A DNA stretch of 64,000 bases from Kiritimatiellia bacterium (GTDB taxonomy: Bacteria > Verrucomicrobiota > Kiritimatiellia > JAAZAB01): assembly GCA_041653875.1 (NCBI GenBank), contig JBAZEM010000003.1, forward strand, positions 102,424 through 166,423, read 5' to 3'. Shown here piece by piece: positions 19,644 through 29,244 of this stretch (its first letter is position 1; each line of letters begins with the position of its first letter). A program made the position numbers and the translations under genes. Below the pieces are notes generated by a model. That model worked only from the letters and a program-made list of their open reading frames with translations. It searched no databases and was not told the DNA's origin.

Positions 19644-20962
19644 GATGCCAGATAGCGTCGAACGGCCGCCGCCAACGTACGGTAAACACGGTCCCGGCGC
19701 GATCGATTGCGTTCGAGGGTCGTGATGCGGAAACCCGGGTAAGGCGATGTAAAATCGCTGGCCGGCACCACGCAGATGCCCGTGGCCGCCAGGAGATAAT
19801 ATGCGAACCGTTTGTCCAGCGGTAGATGGGGCTTCGCGACCGTTTTGCGGATAAAGGCGCGCGCGGCGGAAGATGAAATCGGCAGGGTCTGCCGGGCGTT
19901 GAGCGTTTTGGGCGCGAACAAGGCCGTCATATAAAAAGCGCCCTGGATTGGCGAAACACGCAGGCCTGGTGTGCGGCTTAGGACGCGAAAAATAGCCTGA
20001 CCGTTGCGTTCCAGTTCGGACGTGTAACGCGCATTCCAACGCTGGTATTCGGGATGATCGTAGATCAGCGGCAGGGCCGTCTGGGGCAACGTCGTGGAAC
20101 ACACTTCCAGCATGAGCGGGCGTTTGATGCTTTCGAAAAAACGGGCATAATCGGCGTCGAGATCGGTGTTATGGAATTCCATCCAGCCGCAACGGGCGCC
20201 CGGCCAGGGCAAATCCTTTGACATCCCGCGCATAACGACCAGCGGAACACGCCGGCCGACCAGCTCGGTCAGTTGGACATATTGACAGCTCTTATAAACC
20301 AGCCGAAAATAGACCTCGTCGCTGAGCAGCATGAGCCGGTAGCGCTCCGCCAGCCGGATGATCGCTTCGAGCGTCGGGGCGTCATACACGGCGCCGGTGG
20401 GATTATTGGGGTTAATCAACAGAATGCCGGCGATCTCCGGGTGCTTGCGAATCTGGCGTTCCAGATGTTCCAAGTCCGGATACCAGCGGTTGTCGGGATC
20501 GAGCCGATAACCGATGGAGGCGGCGCCGGCGCAAAAGCTTTCCGTGGAACTATGCGAGGGATAGCCAGGGGCGGGCTGAATGACACGGGCGCCCGGTCGA
20601 AGCATCCGATAAAAGACACTAATGGCGCCGCCAAGTCCGTTGGTAAAAACGACATGCTCGCCATCCAAGCGACTGCCGGGCGAAAAACGCCGGGCATAAT
20701 CCGCCACCCACTGGCGGGTTGCGATACGACCGCGGGAATGGGTATAGCCGAAAACAGAACTATCGCGGGAGGAAACCAGCCCGGTCACAATACGTTTTAC
20801 AAAACCGGGCACTTCCCAGCCCTTGGCCACGGGGTCGCCGATATTCTCGCCAATAAAGGTGAAGTTCGGATCGAGCGCCCCTACCCGCGCGGCCAAATCC
20901 ACCATCTCGCGGATGCCATAAGTCAGGCGCTCGGTATTAGGATAAAAAATAGTTCTGCGCAT
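19640..20962 (-). CDS. PLP-dependent aminotransferase (class I/II, alanine aminotransferase-like)
   Basis: Fold-type I motifs (NPNNPTG, SKD..PGARCGW with Lys). ATG at 20962 chosen because the upstream 10 codons read into a family B repeat. Confidence 0.7.
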   Translation of the reverse strand: MRRTIFYPNTERLTYGIREMVDLAARVGALDPNFTFIGENIGDPVAKGWEVPGFVKRIVTGLVSSRDSSVFGYTHSRGRIATRQWVADYARRFSPGSRLDGEHVVFTNGLGGAISVFYRMLRPGARVIQPAPGYPSHSSTESFCAGAASIGYRLDPDNRWYPDLEHLERQIRKHPEIAGILLINPNNPTGAVYDAPTLEAIIRLAERYRLMLLSDEVYFRLVYKSCQYVQLTELVGRRVPLVVMRGMSKDLPWPGARCGWMEFHNTDLDADYARFFESIKRPLMLEVCSTTLPQTALPLIYDHPEYQRWNARYTSELERNGQAIFRVLSRTPGLRVSPIQGAFYMTALFAPKTLNARQTLPISSSAARAFIRKTVAKPHLPLDKRFAYYLLAATGICVVPASDFTSPYPGFRITTLERNRSRRDRVYRTLAAAVRRYLAS

Positions 20963-20989
20963 AACATGCCCTGCACAAGTTAGGCCCCG

Positions 20990-21330
20990 CAAAGCGGGGC
21001 GACTTTTTTATGTAGAGCCGACTTTATGTCGGCTATCTTCGGCACAGGATAGCCGGTATTCCGCCGGAGGCGGATCCGCCTATGGAGGAAAAACCGGCTC
21101 TACATCGGATTGAAATTCCTTAACATCGAGTTAGGCCCCGCAAAGCGGGGCGACTTTATCATGTAGAGCCGACTTTACGTCGGCTATCTTCTGACAGAAT
21201 AGCCGGTATTCCGCCGGAGGCGGATCCGCCTATGGAGGAAAAACCGGCTCTACCCGGATTGTCATGCCATAGGCGGATCCGCCTCCCGCCGTCGCATAAA
21301 GCTATGGCGGGCAGGCTGGCAGAAAATTCC
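20990..21330. repeat. Tandem composite MITE-like repeats (families A+B): two ~135-bp units, each with a hairpin 'gttaggccccgcaaagcggggcgactt', then 'tgtagagccgactttatgtcggctatcttcgg..agccggtattccgcc..ggcggatccgcc..tatggaggaaaaaccggctctaca', plus a third partial unit
   Basis: Seen in sequence. Outer inverted termini tgtagagccgg/ccggctctaca and inner palindrome ggcggatccgcc. Further copies at 27285-27350, 40040-40140, 42160-42250, 46740-46925, 47850-48040, 59245-59810. Confidence 0.75.
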
Positions 21331-21477
21331 TGTACATCAAGTCAGGCCGCCGAAAGCGGCGACTGTTCCATAGGTAGGGCGGTTTCGCCGAAACCGCCGT
21401 TCTCGATCCAGCACGGCGCGCTTGGCGAGCGCGCCCTACCCAAAACACAATTTTCCATTAATGCAATTAGCCGCCGG

Positions 21478-21954
21478 TCATCGAAAGGCGCCATGCAGTT
21501 GTTCCCAAAGTTCCAAGAGCGGCTGGGGAATGACTTTGACATCGGCCAGAACCGGCATGAAATTCGTGTCCCCTTCCCAGCGCGGCACAATGTGCAGGTG
21601 AACATGGTCTTTCAGACCCGCGCCCGCCGCTGTGCCCTGATTGATCCCCAGGTTAAATCCCTGCGCATGGACAACCTCCCGGAGCCGCACACAGGCCGTG
21701 GCTGCCAAAGCCATCATGTCGGCTTGTTCCTCCGGCCGCAAGCCTTCCAGACTATCGACGTGCCGGTACGGAATTGCCATCAAATGGCCGTTGTTATACG
21801 GGTACCGGTTCATAATGAGCGCGCACGCAGAGCTCCGCTTGATAATCAGATACTCGCGGTCGGACTCGGATTGAAATGCATCGCAGAGAAAACACCCCGG
21901 CTGACGGCACTTCAAAATATATTCCATGCGCCACGGCGCCCATAAGCGTTCCAT
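21478..21954 (-). CDS. HIT-family (histidine triad) nucleotide hydrolase
   Basis: HVHLHIVPR histidine-triad motif. ATG at 21954. The upstream part of the listed ORF is extension. Confidence 0.75.
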   Translation of the reverse strand: MERLWAPWRMEYILKCRQPGCFLCDAFQSESDREYLIIKRSSACALIMNRYPYNNGHLMAIPYRHVDSLEGLRPEEQADMMALAATACVRLREVVHAQGFNLGINQGTAAGAGLKDHVHLHIVPRWEGDTNFMPVLADVKVIPQPLLELWEQLHGAFR

Positions 21955-22162
21955 GTCCGTTGATCCTCGCTTGCCTGCGGCCGCTGATTTTGAAATACTA
22001 CTCCTCTTCCGATGCATGTATAGCAAGGTTTGAGCGCGCCAGCAAGCGGGAAGTGCAGATGAAGAACGGCTGATGTTTAATGGTTGAGTTCCGATTGGCA
22101 ATGGAAGATAAAAAATGGGCGCCGCATAGTTTGCCAGCCACCATGAATTTCAGGATTTCGAT

Positions 22163-23290
22163 ATGCCCAAACAAAACCAAGCCAAATCAACGCGCGTCTG
22201 CCTGATCGTCGGCGAAGATGAGTTCAGCGCCACGGCGGCCGCGCGGGAAAAGATCGATCGTTTTGTCCCGCCCGCCGACCAGACCCTGGGCCTGGAAATC
22301 ATCGACGGCCAGGCGGATGTCATCGACCAGGCGCTCGCTTGTCTGCGCCAGTGCCTGGAGGCCATCCGGACGATCGGTTTCCTCGGCGGGCGCAAAGTTG
22401 TCTGGCTGCGCGGGGTTGACTTCCTGAGCGACCCGATCATCGGCCGGAACAAGGACGTCCAGGAAACATTGCAGATTCTGGCCGACACCATGGCCGGCGG
22501 GATTCCCGAAGGGCACTTGCTGATTATCACCGCCCTGAAAGCGGATGCGCGCACTTCCTTTTATAAAGCCTGCATTGCCCAGGGCGAACTGATCGAGTTC
22601 GATCTTGCCGAGAAACCCTGGCAGAGGGAACGCGGCGCAATGGCCTTCGCCATGCATGCGTTTAAAGACGCCGGGCTGCAGGCCGGCAACGAAGCGGTCG
22701 AGCGCTTCGTGCGGAAAGTCGGGGACGATACCCGGCAGATTGTGCAGGAGACCGCCAAGCTGGCAACCTATCTGGGAGGGCGCCGCGAGGTCCGGGCCGC
22801 GGATATCGAAGCCATAACCGCGACTTCACGCGACCTGTCCGCCTGGGACCTGGAAGACGCCGTGGGCAGGCGGGACCTGCGCCAATCCCTGACGGTGCTC
22901 CGCCAGTTGCTGTTCCAGCGCATGGAACCAATCCGCCTGATTTCCGGATTGGAAGGACGTTTCCGCCACTTGCTCATTTTACGGGAAGCGCTGGATAATC
23001 GCCGGATCGCGCTCCAGCCAATGGGGCATGACAATTTCAAATTGACCATGGCGGATTTGCCGGAAGAACTGGCGGAGCAATTCAAGCAGGCGCTGGCTTC
23101 GGAGAAAGGAACGCCCCTGCATCCGTTTGTGGTCGGGAAATTAGCCGGGCAGGCGGCCCAGTTCACCCGCCTGGAAATCGATCGACGCCGCGACTGGCTC
23201 CTGGCCTCCCGCCGCCAACTGGTTTCCAGCGCCATACCGGGCCCCTTGCTCCTCGAATACCTGATTTTGAAACTGTGCCGATCCAAGTAA
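22163..23290 (+). CDS. holA: DNA polymerase III delta subunit
   Basis: 375 aa. N-terminal clamp-loader delta fold (VCLIVGEDEF, LRGVDFL) and delta C-terminal helical domain. Confidence 0.65.
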   Translation: MPKQNQAKSTRVCLIVGEDEFSATAAAREKIDRFVPPADQTLGLEIIDGQADVIDQALACLRQCLEAIRTIGFLGGRKVVWLRGVDFLSDPIIGRNKDVQETLQILADTMAGGIPEGHLLIITALKADARTSFYKACIAQGELIEFDLAEKPWQRERGAMAFAMHAFKDAGLQAGNEAVERFVRKVGDDTRQIVQETAKLATYLGGRREVRAADIEAITATSRDLSAWDLEDAVGRRDLRQSLTVLRQLLFQRMEPIRLISGLEGRFRHLLILREALDNRRIALQPMGHDNFKLTMADLPEELAEQFKQALASEKGTPLHPFVVGKLAGQAAQFTRLEIDRRRDWLLASRRQLVSSAIPGPLLLEYLILKLCRSK

Positions 23291-23320
23291 CCATCGACAA
23301 AACGAGAAAGGAACGATTGC

Positions 23321-24400
23321 ATGAAAATCGAATTGCGAAAAAACTGCGCCTGGGCCCTGCTTGTGCCCACCAGCATGGGCGTGCGGATCACCCCGGCCGA
23401 CGGCCAGCCGGTGCACTGCGGCGGGACATTCTCGATGCAGGCCACCAGCGCGGAAACGAATGTGGCCAGTGTTGCGGCTTATCTCGGCCTGCCGGTCAAA
23501 GTCCTGACGACCTTTGTCAAAGACAGCCCCATTGCCCGTTTCATCAAGGACGACCTCGCGAGCCGGCACATGGCTTATGAAGGCAAGGAAGTCGCGCAAG
23601 GCGGACCGTGGGGTTATCGCCACCAGTTCAATATTGCCGACAGCGGTTATGGCTCGCGCGGTCCGCGGGTGCATAACGATCGCGCCGGCGAGGTGGGCCG
23701 GACCCTGAACGTGAAGGATTTCGACCTGGAACGAATATTCGCCAGGGAGGGCGTGCAAATCGCGCACCTTTCGGGCCTGATCGCGGCGCTGTCGCCCGAG
23801 ACCGGGGTCTTTTGCCTTGAACTCGCGCGCGCCGCAAAAAAACACGGGACCCGGATTTCATTCGATCTTAATTATCGCGCCTCTTTCTGGAAGGATCGTG
23901 AAGCCGAGTTGCATCGGATTTTCACGGAGATCGCGGGGGTGGCCGACATTCTGGTCGGAAACGAGGAAGACTTCCAGCTTTGCCTGGGAATCGAAGGGCC
24001 CGAAGCCGGAGGCAAGGACATTGCCGCCAAGATCGAAAGTTTCAAAGGCATGATTGAACGGGTGCAGGAAGCCTACCCGCATGCTTCCGCCTTCGCCACC
24101 ACCTTGCGCGAGGTCATCAGCGCCAACCGCCACCTTTGGGGGGCCATCATGGCCGCAGGCGCCGATTGGCATGTTGTGGAACCCCGCGAAATAACGGTGC
24201 TCGACCGGATTGGGGGCGGCGACGGCTTTGTGGGCGGCATGCTCTATGCGATTTTGAAAGGCTGGGCGCCGGAGCAATGGATTCAATTCGGCTGGGCCGG
24301 CGGCGCATTGGCCACCACGCTCACGACCGATTACGGCCAGCCCGCGGATGAAGATCAGGTTTGGAGCATCTGGAAAGGCAATGCGCGGGTAAGGCGCTGA
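23321..24400 (+). CDS. PfkB-family carbohydrate kinase (ketodeoxygluconokinase-like)
   Basis: Ribokinase-like fold with C-terminal GGGDGFVGG anion-hole motif. AAAGGA RBS. Confidence 0.7.
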   Translation: MKIELRKNCAWALLVPTSMGVRITPADGQPVHCGGTFSMQATSAETNVASVAAYLGLPVKVLTTFVKDSPIARFIKDDLASRHMAYEGKEVAQGGPWGYRHQFNIADSGYGSRGPRVHNDRAGEVGRTLNVKDFDLERIFAREGVQIAHLSGLIAALSPETGVFCLELARAAKKHGTRISFDLNYRASFWKDREAELHRIFTEIAGVADILVGNEEDFQLCLGIEGPEAGGKDIAAKIESFKGMIERVQEAYPHASAFATTLREVISANRHLWGAIMAAGADWHVVEPREITVLDRIGGGDGFVGGMLYAILKGWAPEQWIQFGWAGGALATTLTTDYGQPADEDQVWSIWKGNARVRR

Positions 24401-24614
24401 CGCGGCGCAAGCCTGCAGCTGTTTAGGCTGTAGGCTGCAAGTCGGAATCGAAAAACACATTGGCAAAAAACCGGAGCTGAAGTTTACATAACATCAGTAA
24501 AGTTTTCGCTTTTTCCGTGATTTTACCACAGTCGACCTGTCCGCAGCGCTTCGCTCAGCGATGCAGGCGGGCAGCCTACAGTCTGAGCATCCTATGGGAT
24601 GCGATTGAGCCCCG

Positions 24615-25964
24615 ATGAATAAAGAGATCGCCGCCAAAATCCTGATCATCGAAGACGATCCCGACGGGCGCCGCTCCGTGGCGGAAGCCATGGAAGACGC
24701 GGGCTATGCCGCCGTCACAGCGGCCACCGGCGAAACCGGCATTCGCCTGTTCCAGGAACAAACCTTCGACGCCGTGCTCTCGGATATCCGGCTCCCGGAC
24801 CTTGACGGTCAAAAGGTTCAGGAACGCCTGAAGGCGATCCATGCCGAAGTTCCCGTCCTGCTGATGACGGCCTATGGAACCGTGGCGGACGCCGTGGCCG
24901 CGCTCAAAGCCGGCGCCTACGATTACATTCTCAAGCCGCTCAATCTGGCCGATATCCAGTCCAAAGTGGCGCACGCCATCGAAAACCGGCGCCTGCGCTT
25001 GCAACTATCATCGCTTAAAAGAGCGCTCTATGGCCGCGAGATCATCGCCGTTTCGCCCGGCATGGCCGCAGTGCTCCGGCAGGTAAAATCCGTCGCCGCC
25101 GCCCAGGCCACGGTGCTGATCCTGGGGGAAAGCGGCGTCGGCAAGGAATTGATTGCCCGCGCCCTGCACGATGGCAGTGCCCGCGCCGATGGACCGTTTG
25201 TGGCCGTTAATTGCGGGGCTTTTTCGGAATCTTTGCTCGAATCGGAACTCTTCGGCCATGAAAAAGGCGCTTTCACCGGCGCCGGCAATCGACACGCCGG
25301 CGCTTTCGAGCGCGCCCAGGGCGGCACCTTGTTCCTGGATGAAATCGGCATCGCGCCCCCCGCCGTGCAGATCAGGCTGCTGCGGGTTCTGGAAGAACGC
25401 GAAATAATCAGGGTGGGCGGGATCCGCCCGGTTCCCATCGACTTGCGCGTGATTTCGGCCTCCAATCGCAACCTGGATGACCTCGTCGCCGAACGCACCT
25501 TCCGCCACGATTTGCTTTACCGCCTGCAGGTGGTCACTCTCCGCGTTCCTCCGTTGCGGGAACGGCGGGAAGACATTCGACCTTTGGCGGATTTTTTTGT
25601 CGCCGCCGCGTGCAAACTGCATGGCCGGCACATTGACGAGATCGAGGCTGGTTTTTACAACACTTTGGAGCGGCATCCCTGGAGCGGCAATGTCCGCGAG
25701 TTGAAAAACGCGGTCGAGTCTGCGGTCATTTTGGCAACCGCATCCCGGTTGACCGCCGCCAATCTGAACCTGGCCCCACCTGGGGAGCGCAGTCCATCGG
25801 AAATCGTCATACCCCCGCAGACGACCCTGGCGGAGATCGAACGTCAAGCGCTTCTGCAATCTCTGAGCCGGCATACAGGCAGTCGCAATCTGGCGGCCGA
25901 TGAACTGGGGCTTTCCACCCGCACCATCCAGCGCAAGATCAAGGAATACGACCTGCCGTTCTAA
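24615..25964 (+). CDS. Sigma-54-dependent response regulator (NtrC family: REC + AAA+ + Fis HTH)
   Basis: REC domain with phospho-Asp (AVLSDIRLPDLDG). Walker A GESGVGKE. GAFTGA sigma-54 contact motif. C-terminal HTH. Confidence 0.85.
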   Translation: MNKEIAAKILIIEDDPDGRRSVAEAMEDAGYAAVTAATGETGIRLFQEQTFDAVLSDIRLPDLDGQKVQERLKAIHAEVPVLLMTAYGTVADAVAALKAGAYDYILKPLNLADIQSKVAHAIENRRLRLQLSSLKRALYGREIIAVSPGMAAVLRQVKSVAAAQATVLILGESGVGKELIARALHDGSARADGPFVAVNCGAFSESLLESELFGHEKGAFTGAGNRHAGAFERAQGGTLFLDEIGIAPPAVQIRLLRVLEEREIIRVGGIRPVPIDLRVISASNRNLDDLVAERTFRHDLLYRLQVVTLRVPPLRERREDIRPLADFFVAAACKLHGRHIDEIEAGFYNTLERHPWSGNVRELKNAVESAVILATASRLTAANLNLAPPGERSPSEIVIPPQTTLAEIERQALLQSLSRHTGSRNLAADELGLSTRTIQRKIKEYDLPF

Positions 25965-26295
25965 CAAAACGGCAAAGCCGCGTTCATTGTTCTTCGTTCC
26001 TCGTTCTTCGTTCCAGAAACGACAAAATGTCCACGGAGCGGACAGATTGTCAGATCAGTAAAGTCAGACGACAAACCGGAACTAACAAAAGAACGGCCAG
26101 TGAACGCCGGTGATTTCGACAACGCCCCATGTATGCGTGGTTTCAAGAGCGTCGGCCGACGTCCGACGGCTACAGAAGAATTCAGCACGTCGTTTTGGCG
26201 TTTTTGCAGCCGCGAGACGGCAGGCTCGCGTTCCGTAGCCGCGGCGGGCCGCCGTGGCTCTAATTCGAGACACATCGCCGTGAAGCAGGCAGTCT

Positions 26296-26311
26296 TGGCA
26301 CGATTAGTGCT
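26296..26311 (+). promoter_or_regulatory. Candidate sigma-54 (-24/-12) promoter TGGCAC-N5-GTGCT upstream of the hsp20 gene
   Basis: tTGGCACgattaGTGCtac. GG and GC separated by exactly 12 nt. -12 element about 30 nt upstream of ATG 26340. An NtrC-family activator is encoded immediately upstream. Confidence 0.5.
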
Positions 26312-26339
26312 ACATAAGGTAACAACTCCTTTTTATATC

Positions 26340-27203
26340 ATGGAAACAAACATTCCAGATTATGACAGCGCGCCCAAGCGGAAAGTCAGGACCAACTGGT
26401 TTTTGATTGCCGTGATTATCCTGTTGGGCATTGTGACCCTTGTGCAGAGCGTCATCCTATATGGAACATCCGAGCGAAGCGACTGGTCATTGGTCCGTGC
26501 CTTGCGTGAACGATTGCAAAAAGTTTGGCCGGGCATAGGCGATAAATCCCGTCAAACGGTCTTAAACCCTTCGGATAACCAGGTCGTTTTTTGGGAAACC
26601 ACGGACGATCTCGATCAAATCCACGATCAGATCAACCGGCTGTTGCGGAACATGACCACGACATTAGGCTCGCACATGACGGGAGGGCCGTTCCCCGGCA
26701 CGCCGTTCTCTGGCGTCGCCATTCGGCGCGAAAGCGGGAATCGCCCGCCGGTCATGTCGCCCGACCGCGATCTCGACCGGCTCCAGCGGGAAATCGAACG
26801 AATTTTCGAGCATGCCTACAACGAAAGCCAACAGAGCAGTTTGTTGTCGCGGATCGACCGCGGGTGGAACATGGTCGCGCCGGCCGCGGCCATGAACATC
26901 GAGGATCAGGGCAGTAATTATGTGGTCACGGTCGCCATGCCGGGGTTCGAAAAACAAGGTATCGCGATCAGCCTGGAAGGCCGTTTATTGATCATCGAGG
27001 CCAACCAGCCGACGCGCGCGCCGGCCGCGGCCGGCCGGAACGCCCCCATCGCGCGCCAGGGCCGGTTCCACACCCGGATCGTGCTGCCGGACAATATCGA
27101 AGGCGCCGGCGCCCAAGCCGCCTACGAGCATGATGTGCTCTGCGTGCGCGTTCCCAAGGCGGCCCAGACCAATTCGCTTGTCAGGTCCATCGCAATCCGA
27201 TAA
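26340..27203 (+). CDS. Membrane-anchored small heat shock protein (N-terminal TM + C-terminal Hsp20/alpha-crystallin domain)
   Basis: TM segment NWFLIAVIILLGIVTLVQSVILY. ACD from ~aa 190 (MNIEDQGSNYVVTVAMPGFEKQGIAISLEGRLLIIEA...VLCVRVPK). The listed ORF start at 26100 would overlap the promoter. Confidence 0.65.
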   Translation: METNIPDYDSAPKRKVRTNWFLIAVIILLGIVTLVQSVILYGTSERSDWSLVRALRERLQKVWPGIGDKSRQTVLNPSDNQVVFWETTDDLDQIHDQINRLLRNMTTTLGSHMTGGPFPGTPFSGVAIRRESGNRPPVMSPDRDLDRLQREIERIFEHAYNESQQSSLLSRIDRGWNMVAPAAAMNIEDQGSNYVVTVAMPGFEKQGIAISLEGRLLIIEANQPTRAPAAAGRNAPIARQGRFHTRIVLPDNIEGAGAQAAYEHDVLCVRVPKAAQTNSLVRSIAIR

Positions 27204-27362
27204 TTTGTCATTTTTTTATGGAAGCACAAAAGTAGCGATTAGCGTCGCCAAAAAGGATTGAGTGTGATGCATAAGACAGCCGGTATTAAACCGGCTCTAC
27301 CTGTGTGGTGTATAATGTAAAGCCGACTTTACGTCGGCTATTTTCAGGAGAGGAGAGACCTG

Positions 27363-28298
27363 ATGCTGGCAGTCAAGCGGCTCCAAAAAACATTCGGCTT
27401 GATCCATGCGGTCCGGGATGTGTCTTTCCAGGTTGCCAAGGGCGAAGTCCTTGGGTTCCTGGGTCCCAACGGCGCGGGCAAGACCACCACCATGCGCATG
27501 ATCACGGGCTTCCTGCCGCCCACGGCGGGCACAGCCAGCGTCATGGGGCACGATATTATCCAGGATCCCATTTCCGCCAAGAAGCTGATCGGGTACCTGC
27601 CGGAAAATGCTCCGGTCTATGCCGACATGACCGTCTGGAACTACTTGGGATTCATCGCCGAAATCCGCGGCTTCACCGGACGCCTGCGCGACGAGCGCGT
27701 CCGGCAAACCCTTTCAACCTGCCGGTTGGACAGCGTCAAGCATCAGGGCATCGGAACGCTATCGAAGGGCTATAAACAGCGCGTGTGCTTCGCCCAGGCC
27801 CTCCTGCACGATCCGCCGGCGCTCATCATGGATGAACCCACCGATGGACTGGACCCGAACCAGAAACATATTGTCCGCGCCATGATTCGCGACATGGCCG
27901 CGCGCAAGGCCATCGTGATTTCCACCCATATCCTCGAGGAAGTGGACGCCATTTGCTCGCGCGTCATTATTATCCGCAACGGTTCGATCGTCGCCAACGC
28001 CACACCGGCCGAACTGAAGGCCAAAAGCCGCACGCACGGCGCGGTGGAACTGACGGTCAAGTCGGCGCCCGGCGACCTGGCGGCCAAACTGGAACGCCTG
28101 GCCTCCGCCGAACGTGTGGAAATCCGGATGCCCCGCGTAGTGATCTATCCCCGTTCTTCGGCCGATGGGGCGGCGCGGCTGGCCGCGGACATCCTGGCGT
28201 TGGTCAAGGCCAACCCAGGCTGGGAATTGGCCGCGATGAAAACCCTGGAAGGGCGGCTGGACGACGTTTTTCGCGAACTGACGGAATCCGGAAATTAG
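27363..28298 (+). CDS. ABC transporter ATP-binding protein (ABC-2/GldA-like)
   Basis: Walker A GPNGAGKTT, signature LSKGYKQR, Walker B LIMDEP. Confidence 0.85.
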   Translation: MLAVKRLQKTFGLIHAVRDVSFQVAKGEVLGFLGPNGAGKTTTMRMITGFLPPTAGTASVMGHDIIQDPISAKKLIGYLPENAPVYADMTVWNYLGFIAEIRGFTGRLRDERVRQTLSTCRLDSVKHQGIGTLSKGYKQRVCFAQALLHDPPALIMDEPTDGLDPNQKHIVRAMIRDMAARKAIVISTHILEEVDAICSRVIIIRNGSIVANATPAELKAKSRTHGAVELTVKSAPGDLAAKLERLASAERVEIRMPRVVIYPRSSADGAARLAADILALVKANPGWELAAMKTLEGRLDDVFRELTESGN

Positions 28299-28412
28299 GC
28301 GACTAACGCCGCAATCATGCCGTTCTATCGAACGGCTACTACACCAGGTGTAGCCGCGGTTCGCAAGAACCGCTCTTTTTGAAATTCAATATTGAAACAA
28401 GGAGCGTGATCT

Positions 28413-29156
28413 ATGGATTCCATACGCAACACCAAGGCGATTATCAAACGCGAGTTGGCATCCTACTTCGAGTCGCCGGTGGCTTACGTGTTTATGGTCG
28501 TATTTCTGGTATTGATCGGATTCCTGACTTTTTTCGTGTCCAAATTTTATGAAAACGGCCAAGCCGACTTGCGCGGCTTTTTCTTCTGGCACCCATGGAT
28601 GTTTCTCATCCTCGTGCCGGCCGCCGCCATGCGGCTCTGGGCCGAGGAGCGCCGCGCCGGAACCATTGAAACCCTGCTGACTTTGCCTGTGACGCTCACC
28701 CAGGTGATCCTCGGCAAATTTCTGGCGGCCTGGATTTTTATCGGGCTTATCGTGGCGTTGACCTTCCCCATTGTTCTGACCACGGTCTATCTGGGCGCTC
28801 CGGACCGCGGCGCCATCGTGGGCGGCTACATCGGGAGCCTCCTGTTGGCGGGCGCTTATCTTTCGGTCGGCATGCTGACCTCGGCCCTGACGCGCAATCA
28901 GGTCATCAGCTTCGTGCTGTCGCTGGTAATCTGTCTCTTTCTCCTGCTGGCCGGCTGGCCGCCCGTAACGGACCTCATGGTGCGCTGGGCGCCGGAATGG
29001 CTGGTGCGCGGCGTGGCGGCTTTCGGCTTCATGCCGCACTACGATGCTTTCCAGAAAGGGGTGCTGGACCTGCGCGATTTCGCGTATTATTTCAGCGTGA
29101 TGATCTTCATGCTGTTCGGCGCCCACCTGGTGCTGGAAAACCGGAAGGCGGCCTGA
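28413..29156 (+). CDS. ABC-2 family transporter permease
   Basis: 247 aa, six TM helices, ABC-2 type. Confidence 0.75.
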   Translation: MDSIRNTKAIIKRELASYFESPVAYVFMVVFLVLIGFLTFFVSKFYENGQADLRGFFFWHPWMFLILVPAAAMRLWAEERRAGTIETLLTLPVTLTQVILGKFLAAWIFIGLIVALTFPIVLTTVYLGAPDRGAIVGGYIGSLLLAGAYLSVGMLTSALTRNQVISFVLSLVICLFLLLAGWPPVTDLMVRWAPEWLVRGVAAFGFMPHYDAFQKGVLDLRDFAYYFSVMIFMLFGAHLVLENRKAA

Positions 29157-29244
29157 TCTCATTGCGGTTTTGGGATTTGAGGTTGCGGATTTCCAATCGG
29201 AAATCGAAAATCCCAAATCCGAAATAATACAAAGGAACATCAAT

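Noticed and set aside
21232-21945. 237-aa ORF, and the N-termini of ORFs 40040..40225 and 47930..(48079), sharing the peptide IRLPPSHKAMAGRLAENS
   Set aside because: The shared peptide is simply the translation of the family A MITE repeat. There is no independent coding signal.
21954-22163. Possible replication origin at the global strand-bias switch (minus-strand genes before, plus-strand genes after)
   Set aside because: No dnaA gene, no DnaA-box cluster and no AT-rich unwinding element are seen. The strand switch alone is insufficient.
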